In this document: piece by piece, positions 1 through 10,200 of the stretch
Position numbering within the stretch: position 1 is the stretch's first letter
Layout of the letters: each line of letters opens with the position of its first letter
Origin: Ranitomeya imitator
Lineage: Eukaryota
Length of the DNA: 64,000 bases
Direction: 5' to 3'
NCBI RefSeq assembly: GCF_032444005.1
Contig: NC_091290.1
Location: 113,584,001 to 113,648,000 of the forward strand
The notes under the pieces: generated by a model
The model's database searches: none
Told to the model about the DNA's origin: nothing
Seen by the model: the letters and a program-made list of their open reading frames with translations, nothing else
Made by a program: the position numbers and the translations under genes

Positions 1-12
1 GACAGAGGCCAC

Positions 13-407
13 ACAGCAGAGCCCACCAGCTGCAGCCCCCATGTTACACCCTGACAGAGCCCACCAGCTGCAGCCCCCATGTTACACCCTGACAGAGCCC
101 ACCGGCTGCAGCCCCCCATGTTACACCCTGACAGAGCCCACCGGCTGCAGCCCCCCCATGTTACACCCTGACAGAGCCCACCAGCTGCAGCCCCCCATGT
201 TACACCCTGACAGAGCCCACCAGCTGCAGCCCCCCATGTTACACCCTGACAGAGCCCACCAGCTGCAGCCCCCCATGTTACACCCTGACAGAGCCCACCA
301 GCTGCAGCCCCCATGTTACACCCTGACAGAGCCCACCAGCTGCAGCCCCCATGTTACACCCTGACAGAGCCCACCAGCTGCAGCCCCCCATGTTACACCC
401 TGACAGC
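13..407. repeat. 39-41 bp minisatellite (CATGTTACACCCTGACAGAGCCCACCAGCTGCAGCCCCC), about 10 copies, in HEATR3 intron 1
   Basis: Direct tandem copies differing mainly in the length of the C-run. Confidence 0.95.
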
Positions 408-555
408 TCCTCCCACTTCTGTTTTTTTTGCCCCTTAAACTTTATCTGTAGAAGACAAGCGCTGTCCCCTGGTGACCCTATGTACATGTACACAGCACGG
501 GGCAGCGCCATGCTGCACATGGACCGTGGCTGACAGCCGCCCGGGCGCCGCTCAC

Positions 556-681
556 CTTCTGCAGCAGGTCCTCGGCATGGAAGGAGCCCGCGCTCCCCTC
601 GTCCCCGGCCGCTGCGGCTTTCACGGCTGCAGTAGGAGTAAACCCTACCGGCTTGAACCTACGAGCCCGGCTCTTCCCCAT
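556..681 (-). CDS. HEATR3: HEAT repeat-containing protein 3, coding exon 1 (gene continues left of the window)
   Basis: 126 nt encode MGKSRARRFKPVGFTPTAAVKAAAAGDEGSAGSFHAEDLLQK, matching the recalled HEATR3 N-terminus (MGKSRTKRFK...ELLEK). Followed by a phase-0 donor AAG|GTGAGC. Same strand as and downstream of CNEP1R1, as in human. Confidence 0.9.
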
Positions 682-973
682 GATCGTTCAACAAGGGGTT
701 AATTCAATGAACTTTATTGACAACGCACCACATTCTACTTTTTCTCCCCTTCAACAAACTTTATTAACATCTACCACCGCGCACAACGCACTGACTGAAA
801 ATATATATATTTGTGAAGCATAAGTCAGTGTTTTGTCACTGCCAGAAGTCTGACCTCCTCCACACAAGTTTTTGTTTGTTTTTCACCTTTTTTAAAGTCT
901 TGAGGACTTATTATAATATTAAACATTTTTTCAACACACACAGTCACACACACATATATATATTTATGTTATA

Positions 974-3910
974 CAAGATGGTGGCCTGATTCTAACGTAT
1001 CGGGTATTCTAGACTATGCATTTCCTCATAGTATATTGCCCAGCCACGTAGTATACAGCACAGAGCCACATAGTATATTGCCCAGTCACGTAGTATATTG
1101 CCCAGTCACGTAGTATATAGCCCAGCCACGTAGTATATTGCCCAGCCACGTAGTATACAGCACAGAGCCACATAGTATATTGCCCAGTCACGTAGTATAT
1201 TGCCCAGTCACGTAGTATATAGCCCAGCCACGTAGTATATTGCCCAGCCACGTAGTATACAGCACAGAGCCACATAGTATATTGCCCAGTCACGTAGTAT
1301 ATTGCCCAGTCACGTAGTATATAGCCCAGCCACGTAGTATATTGCCCAGCCACGTAGTATACAGCACAGAGCCACATAGTATATTGCCCAGTCACGTAGT
1401 ATATTGCCCAGTCACGTAGTATATAGCCCAGCCACGTAGTATATTGCCCAGCCACGTAGTATATTGCCCAGCCACGTAGTATATTGCCCAGTCACGTAGT
1501 ATATTGCCCAGTCACGTAGTATATTGCCCAGCCACGTAGTATATTGCCCAGTCACGTAGTATATTGCACAGCCATGTAGTATATTGCCCAGTCACGTAGT
1601 ATATGGCCCAGTCACGTAGTATATTGCCCAGTCACGTAGTATATTGTCCAGCCACGTAGTATATTGCCCAGTCACGTAGTATATTGCCCAGTCACGTAGT
1701 ATATTGCCCAGTCACGTAGTATATTGCCCAGTCACGTAGTATATGGCCCAGTCACGTAGTATATTGCCCAGTCACGTAGTATATTGCCCAGCCACGTAGT
1801 ATATTGCCCAGTCACGTAGTATATTGCCCAGTCACGTAGTATATTGCCCAGTCACGTAGTATATTGCCCAGCCATGTAGTATATTGCCCAGCCACGTAGT
1901 ATATTGCCCAGTCACGTAGTATATTGCCCAGTCACGTAGTATATTGCCCAGTCACGTAGTATATTGCCCAGTCACGTAGTATATTGCCCAGTCACGTAGT
2001 ATATGGCCCAGTCACGTAGTATATTGCCCAGCCACGTAGTATATTGCCCAGCCACGTAGTATATTGCCCAGTCACGTAGTATATTGCCCAGTCACGTAGT
2101 ATATTGCCCAGTCACGTAGTATATTGCCCAGCCACGTAGTATATTGCCCAGTCACGTAGTATATTGCCCAGCCACGTAGTATATTGCCCAGCCACGTAGT
2201 ATATTGCCCAGCCATGTAGTATATTGCCCAGCCACGTAGTATATTGCCCAGCCATGTAGTATATTGCCCAGTCACGTAGTATATTGCCCAGCCACGTAGT
2301 ATATGGCCCAGTCACGTAGTATATTGCCCAGCCACGTAGTATATTGCCCAGTCACGTAGTATATTGCCCAGTCACGTAGTATATTGCCCAGTCACGTAGT
2401 ATATTGCCCAGCCACGTAGTATATTGCCCAGTCACGTAGTATATTGCCCAGTCACGTAGTATATTGCCCAGTCACGTAGTATATTGCCCAGCCACGTAGT
2501 ATATTGCCCAGTCACGTAGTATATTGCCCAGCCACGTAGTATATTGCCCAGCCACGTAGTATATTGCCCAGCCATGTAGTATATTGCCCAGCCACGTAGT
2601 ATATTGCCCAGCCATGTAGTATATTGCCCAGTCACGTAGTATATTGCCCAGCCACGTAGTATATGGCCCAGTCACGTAGTATATTGCCCAGCCACGTAGT
2701 ATATTGCCCAGTCACGTAGTATATTGCCCAGTCACGTAGTATATTGCCCAGTCACGTAGTATATTGCCCAGCCATGTAGTATATTGCCCAGCCACGTAGT
2801 ATATTGCCCAGCCACGTAGTATATTGCCCAGTCACGTAGTATATTGCCCAGTCACGTAGTATATTGCCCAGTCACGTAGTATATTGCCCAGCCATGTAGT
2901 ATATTGCCCAGCCACGTAGTATATTGCCCAGTCACGTAGTATATTGCCCAGTCACGTAGTATATTGCCCAGTCACGTAGTATATTGCCCAGCCACATAGT
3001 ATATGGCCCAGTCACGTAGTATATTGCCCAGCCACGTAGTATATTGCCCAGCCACGTAGTATATTGCCCAGTCACGTAGTATATTGCCCAGTCACGTAGT
3101 ATATTGCCCAGTCACGTAGTATATTGCCCAGCCACGTAGTATATTGCCCAGTCACGTAGTATATTGCCCAGCCACGTAGTATATTGCCCAGCCACGTAGT
3201 ATATTGCCCAGCCATGTAGTATATTGCCCAGCCACGTAGTATATTGCCCAGCCATGTAGTATATTGCCCAGTCACATAGTATATTGCCCAGCCATGTAGT
3301 ATATTGCCCAGCCACGTAGTATATTGCCCAGTCACGTAGTATATTGCCCAGTCACGTAGTATATTGCCCAGTCACGTAGTATATTGCCCAGCCACGTAGT
3401 ATATTGCCCAGTCACGTAGTATATTGCCCAGCCACGTAGTATATTGCCCAGCCACGTAGTATATTGCCCAGCCATGTAGTATATTGCCCAGCCACGTAGT
3501 ATATTGCCCAGCCATGTAGTATATTGCCCAGTCACATAGTATATTGCCCAGCCATGTAGTATATTGCCCAGCCACGTAGTATATTGCCCAGCCATGTAGT
3601 ATATTGCCCAGTCACGTAGTATATTGCCCAGCCACGTAGTATATGGCCCAGTCACGTAGTATATTGCCCAGCGACATAGTATATTACCCAGTCACATAGT
3701 ATATTGCCCAGTCACGTAGTATATTGCCCAGTCACGTGGTATATTGCCCAGTCACGTGGTATATTGCCCAGTCACGTAGTATATGGCCCAGCCACGTAGT
3801 ATATGGCCCAGCCACGTAGTATATGGCCCAGCCACGTAGTATATGGCCCAGTTACGTAGTATATGGCCCAGTCACGTAGTATATTGCCCAGCCACGTAGT
3901 ATATTGCACA
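974..3910 (+). mobile_element. Helitron/Helentron-like non-autonomous element head followed by a greatly expanded internal 20-bp array
   Basis: Head (C)AAGATGGTGGCCTGATTCTAACGTATCGGGTATTCTAGA is shared with copies at 35544 and 36749. The element tail is absent. Family assignment is inference from structure. Confidence 0.6.
1028..3910. repeat. 20-bp satellite (CACGTAGTATATTGCCCAG[C/T]), about 140 copies
   Basis: Continuous tandem array with 102-, 260- and 360-bp higher-order blocks. Confidence 0.97.
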
Positions 3911-4545
3911 CTTGGTGTGGACACAGACACTGTTATGCCCTCCAATTTACATATCGAGCACTATCCCATTTCTTGATTGACAGCGTTCACTTGCACAGAG
4001 CGAACGTTGCGTAAACTCAAATCTCTGTTCCACTGGAGGAGACCATATGCCCATCTGCCCATAGTGGGCAGTCTATAGATATCACTCACTACATCCGTAT
4101 GTGTAGCGGGCACCTTCAGAAAGGAGCCAGAGATCATAGCATGCTGGTACCCACACTGAGTGCGCACTCATTCTGAAACTGGCAGCTGAGCTCCTCCAGT
4201 GTCAGTGCGCACTCGCAGGAATACAGATTTGCTCTGAGTCCTTGGCCACACCAAGGGTGCACCAAAACACCTTTATTTTCAAAAGAAATACAATTTTATT
4301 CAAGTCCAACACTAACATTTATAATAATAACATAACTTTTTAAAGGGGCTATGTCCCCTAAATACATTTTTACGAGGCTGAATCTACACATTACTAGAGC
4401 AGTGTGTGAAGGAGACTGGCTGACTGTCATCTTAATAGCTAAACCACCACCTTGTCTTTCTGTACAAAGGAGAACGCTGTCTTATAATGGTTGCATTTTA
4501 CTGGGCAACCTCTTCTTATCTGCTGAAGTGCCCCAGATAAAATGA

Positions 4546-4739
4546 GGCTGCCATCACACTATCAGTATTTGGTCAGTATTTTACATCAGTATTTGTAGCC
4601 AAAACCAGGAGTGGAACAATCAGAGGAAAAGTATAACAGAAACATATGCACCACTTCTGTATTTATCACCCACTCCTGGTTTTGGCTTACAAATACTGAT
4701 GTAAAATACTGACCAAATACTGGTAGTGTGACGGCAGCC
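4546..4739. mobile_element. Palindromic MITE, PIF/Harbinger-like
   Basis: Arms GGCTGCCATCACACTATCAGTATTTGGTCAG... and ...CTGACCAAATACTGGTAGTGTGACGGCAGCC, about 70 bp each, with TGA/TAA flanks. Confidence 0.8.
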
Positions 4740-4794
4740 TAAGAAAACATATACCTCCCTGACCGTCACCGTTCCAGGACAGACATCTTCTTTA

Positions 4795-4994
4795 GGCCGG
4801 GATCACACATAGCATAGCGAGATATGGCTGAGTCTCGCAGGTGAAAACCCAGCTCTGACGCCGGCACTCTGGAGCCGAGCGTGCAGCTCCATGTATTGCT
4901 GTGCGGCTGCACACTCCGTTCCGGAGTGCCGGCGCCAGAGCTGGGTTTTCACCTGCAAGACTCGGCCGTATCTCGTGTATGTGTGATCCCGGCC
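4795..4994. mobile_element. Palindromic MITE, PIF/Harbinger-like
   Basis: Termini GGCCGGGATCACACAT...ATGTGTGATCCCGGCC; most of the element folds back on itself. Similar internal layout to 30893-31083. Confidence 0.75.
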
Positions 4995-5108
4995 TCATAG
5001 GAATAGTGGAGGCACCGGGAGAGAAAATGCCAACATCTCTGCTATCACTCAAGCCCGGGAGATATTTTATTTTTCTTTTATCTGGGGTACATTAGCTGAT
5101 AAGAAGGG

Positions 5109-5751
5109 TGTCTCAGGTTTACCGCAACAGAGAGGAGCCAGAAGACCACAGCACCTGATTTTTCCTACTCCTGCAATGATTAGAAGCACTTCACGTTCCT
5201 ATTAAACAGTGTGAATTTAAGGAGAAAGCTCTCAGCTGTGCACTGTTAGACACTCCAGTTACCTATATAATCTGGGCCCTGGCTAGCACTCATTGTCAGA
5301 GCTAGCTTATGCTGCATGGCTGGAGGTTGATGGTGGTTATTGGGGAAGGCATTTGGTGGATTTATTTGTGACTGTTGCTGGGTTTTGAGTGTGTGATAAT
5401 TCCCTTCCTTCTCCTACTTTGGTAATAACCCCCATCCTCCACTCCTCGGTACGTCCCTCTGTTATATGTGAGTGTATGGTTGGTATTTTTCATTACCCCT
5501 GTTCGTAGTATTACCTTGTTAGTCTGGTGGGTGTATTACGGTACACTACAACTTCCCTCTTCCCTAGGTGGGGAAGGGTACAGACTGAGGGCGGATTCAG
5601 GAGCTAAGGCAAGGTACGTGGCCCCGGCATCTTCACCTTCAGAATTAACCCAGGGAACAGGGCGAGCTAGGGCGCGCCTAGTGCTCGCCCTAGTGTTAGG
5701 GACAGGGAAGGAGCCCTTGGTCCCAGGACACCCGACAACAGAGTCGTGACA
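5109..5751 (+). mobile_element. Probable solo LTR
   Basis: TGTCTCAGG...GTCGTGACA termini; flanking 5-mers AAGGG/AATGG are a possible degenerate TSD. No internal retroelement ORF. Confidence 0.5.
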
Positions 5752-7285
5752 AATGGGTTGTCTGTCCAATAGTAAACAACCTTTTATAGGGAATCTGTTG
5801 ACCAAGTAGCAGCCTGAATCAGACACTGCCTGCATAATCCAGTTGACTGACAGGAGTATACAGAGAAAGACCTGTCAGTCATGGGGCATGGGGAAGGAAT
5901 AAGCCATACAAGGATCACATCAGACTAGTCATCCAATACACATTTGGCTGACTTTTCCAGAAAAAAAAAATGCTGCAAGGTTTCAGAGTAAAACTTACCT
6001 GTTCTAATTATGCAGGCAGGCTCTTATTCATACTGGTCATCCAGCATGAATTTTCTAACGGGTAACCATTAAACTTTTTGAGACAATCATCCCCCACCGA
6101 AGAATAGGTCATCAACGTTATATGGCTGGTCAACCCCTTTATTACTCCGTAATAATAGGACTGCAGAATAGAATAGTCATTAGGAATGAGAAGACCATGG
6201 CAGCAATACCTCAAGATCAGTGGTGTCCACCGCTACAGCAATCAAAATGGAAATTCATGCCCCAGCTTCTCCTGATCTTAAACCTCGGAGGGCTTTCCAC
6301 TCTTCCCTCCGTCGCAAGGTGCCCCTTGCTTGACCAACGCCACATGGAGGCATGGAAATCTATTTTCACATTCTGTGCTGAAGAACATTACTCTCTTACT
6401 GGAGATGTGGATACACTCATTTATATTCCTTATGGCGCCCGGAGAATTGATCTGAACAATTCTCTGGAGTTAACCGTTGCATGTGGGACTAGCACCTCAA
6501 TTGTCGAAGCATTCACCACTGCTTCTTGTGGTTCACACCTCATATCACAGCACAGCGAGACCCTCGGCCGCAAAGATCCCACAATATAACACACTGTCGC
6601 CGACGAGAAAAGCCAGAATTATCCAGGGAAGGTAATGGTGTCGGCTGATAGCCCAGTGGAGATTTAGGAACTCACAAAAGTGATGGGCTGCGAGAACCGT
6701 ACGCTGCCTACATTCGGAGAAATGGAAAAATACAGAGGGGATCCGAACTGATATTCAACACCAGAAAAAGAGATCTGATTCATGTTTATTGGTGTCCTGA
6801 TTAAATTAATAATAAACTCTCATCCATTGTCCCAAGTTGGACTCACAGTCTTAACGCCAAGCTTGTGCCGACAGAGACACTCGCCCCATAAATTATCCGT
6901 TTTCAGCGTGCACATTAGCAGGCCTTTTGGCACACTGCATATCTCAGAAGGAAAGCAGCACCATTTTATTTCTGGGGTGCTGGATCATTTTTCAGACCCC
7001 CTTCTACCTTTTGATAAATCTTTGAGGAACCGGTAGAGGGAATAACGTGTAAGCATTACATAGTGCCGCCTGTACGAGGTGTGCAGACAGCTTCTTGTAG
7101 AGTTTTTTTTTCATCTATTTTTATTTGACTTTATATTTTTTCTGAATGAACATCAGTAATAAAACATTATGTCCATAACTAACTGATGTTACCAAACTAT
7201 TCCTTAGACTCTATCTGTACAAGAGAGAAAAAAGTAGTATGAACGGACCAATCCATTACAGTAAATGGCTGCCCACTCTCCCCAG

Positions 7286-10200
7286 TGTTGTGAGTTCTGT
7301 TTTTGGGCTCCCTCTGGTGGTTACTGATGGTACTGGGTGATTTGTGTTCTGCTGTCTCTGGTGTCCACCTGTTCTATTAGGATTTGGGAGTTTCCTATTT
7401 AACCGGGCTTTCTTGTCATTTCCCTGCCGGCTATCAAGGTTATCAGAGTGTTTTGTTACCTCAGCTTCTGGCTTCAGTAATCTTCAGGACAAGCTAAGTT
7501 TTGATTTTCTTGTTCCACGTTTTGCTTTATTTTTGTCTTGTCCAGCTTGCATATAATTGTCTCTTTGCTGCTGGTTGCTTTAGTGGGCTGTAATTGCTCC
7601 TCATGTTCCATGAGTTGGAACATGAGTTCAAGTAATTACAGGATGGTTTTTTGAAGGGTTTTTTGCTGACCGCGCAGTTTACTTTTGTATCCTCTGCTAT
7701 CTAGTTTTAGCGGGCCTCATTTTGCTGAATCTGTTTTCATACTGTGTATGTGCCTTCCTCTCATTTCACCGTCATTATATGTGGGGGGCTGCTATTTCTG
7801 TGGGGTGTTTCTCTGGAGGCAAGAGAGGTCTGTGTTTCTTCTAATAGGGGAAGTTAGATCTTCGGCTGGTGCGAGACGTCTAGGATCAACGTAGGCACGT
7901 TCCCCGGCTATTGTTATTTGTGTGTTCAGGTTTAGGGTCGCGGTCAGCTCAGGTTCCATCACCCTAGAGCTCGTTGGTGCTTGTCCTTTTGTGATTCCCT
8001 GCCATTGGAATCATGACAGTATAGCCGGCCAAAATGTTTGGGCTGAAGTAGGAGGAAAAGTAGTCTGAGGAAGTTTTTTTTTTTTTTTTTCTCTCCTCTG
8101 AGGTTGCTGCCTAGCCTTAATTGCAGCCAGGCTGATTTTTTTTTTTTTTTTTTTTTTTCCTCCTCTTGATCCTTGAATGGCTCTGACCTCAGCTGTTTAT
8201 CATGGACGTCCAGAGTTTGGCTTCCAGCCTGAATAATCTTGCTGCTAAGGTTCAAAATATACAAGATTTTGTTGTACATGCTCCTATGTCTGAACCTAGA
8301 ATTCCTATTCCAGAGTTCTTTGCTGGAGATAGATCTAGTTTTCTGAATTTTAGGAACAATTGCAAGCTGTTCCTTTCTTTGAAATCTCGCTCTTCTGGAG
8401 ACCCTGCTCAGCAGGTTAAGATTATTATATCTTTCCTGCGGGGTGACCCTCAAAATTGGGCATTTGCATTGGCACCAGGGGATCCTGCGTTGCTTAATGT
8501 GGATGCGTTTTTTCTGGCATTGGGTTTGCTCTATGAGGAACCTAACCAGGAGATTCAGGCTGAAAAAGCTTTATTAGCTCTCTCTCAGGGGCAAGATGAA
8601 GCAGAAATATATTGTCAAAAATTTCGGAAATGGTCAGTGCTTACTCAGTGGAATGAGTGCGCCCTGGCTGCAAAGTTCAGAGATGGCCTTTCTGAGGCCA
8701 TTAAAGATGTTATGGTGGGGTTCCCTGCGCCTACGGGTCTGAATGAGTCTATGACTATGGCTATTCAGATTGATCGGCGTTTACGGGAGCGCAAACCTGT
8801 GCACCATTTGGCGGTGTCTTCTGAACAGGCACCTGAGATAATGCAATGTGATAGAGTTCAGTCTAGAAGTGAACGGCAAAACTATAGGCGGAAAAATGGG
8901 TTGTGCTTTTATTGTGGTGATTCAGCTCATGTTATATCAGCATGCTCTAAACGCACAAAAAAGGTTGATAAGTCTGTTGCCATTAGTACGTTACAGTCTA
9001 AGTTCATTCTGTCTGTGACTCTGATTTGCTCATTATCATCCATTTCCGTCGATACCTATGTGGATTCAGGCGCTGCCCTGAGTCTTATGGATTGGTCATT
9101 TGCCAATCGCTGTGGGTTTAGTCTTGAGCCTCTGGAAGTCCCTATTCCTTTGAAGGGAATTGACTCTACACCTTTAGCTATGAATAAACCTCAGTACTGG
9201 ACACAAGTGACCATGTGTATGACTCCCGTTTATCAGGAGGTGATTCGCTTCCTGGTATTGTATAATTTACATGATGTTCTAGTACTTGGTCTGCCATGGT
9301 TACAAACTCATAATCCAGTCCTTGACTGGAAAACGATGTCTGTGTTAAGCTGGGGATGTCAGGGGGTTCATGATGATGCACCTCCGATTTCTATCGCTTC
9401 ATCTACTCCTTCTGAGATTCCTGTGTTTTTGTCTGACTATCGGGATGTTTTTGAGGAGCCTAAGCTCAGTTCGCTTCCTCCTCACAGGGATTGCGATTGT
9501 GCTATAAATTTAATTCCAGGCAGTAAATTTCCTAAAGGTCGTTTGTTCAATCTGTCAGTGCCAGAGCATACTGCTATGCGGGATTATGTTAAGGAGTCCT
9601 TGGAAAAGGGACATCTCCGTCCATCTTCGTCCCCTTTGGGAGCAGGTTTTTTTTTCGTGGCCAAAAAAGATGGGTCCTTGAGGCCTTGTATAGATTATCG
9701 TCTTTTGAATAAGATTACCGTAAAATATCAGTATCCTTTGCCTTTGTTGACTGATTTGTTTGCTCGCATTAAGGGGGCTAAATGGTTCACTAAGATTGAT
9801 CTTCGGGGTGCGTATAATCTTATACGAATAAAGCAAGGTGATGAGTGGAAAACCGCATTTAATACGCCTGAGGGCCATTTTGAGTATTTGGTAATGCCTT
9901 TCGGACTTTCTAATGCTCCTTCAGTCTTCCAGTCCTTTATGCACGATATTTTTCGTGAATATCTGGATAAATTTATTATCGTGTATTTGGATGATGTTTT
10001 GTTTTTTTCTGATGACTGGGAGTCTCATGTTCAGCAGGTCAGGAAGGTGTTTCAGGTCCTGCGGGCTAATTCCTTGTTTGTAAAGGGCTCAAAGTGTCTC
10101 TTTGGAGTCCAGAAGATTTCTTTCTTGGGGTATATTTTTTCCCCTTCTACTATTGAGATGGATCCCGTCAAGGTTCGGGCTATTTGTGACTGGACGCAGC

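Noticed and set aside
1009-3655. Repetitive ORFs (GQYTTWLGNIL...)
   Set aside because: Translations of the 20-bp array.
3961-4220. Possible retroelement gag remnant with TGAGTGCGCACTCA palindrome
   Set aside because: Too short and degraded to assign.
6122-6589. 155-aa ORF in unique-looking sequence
   Set aside because: No recognisable domain and no convincing splice context; the 6000-7240 region could still be a non-coding transcript, but I cannot support a call.
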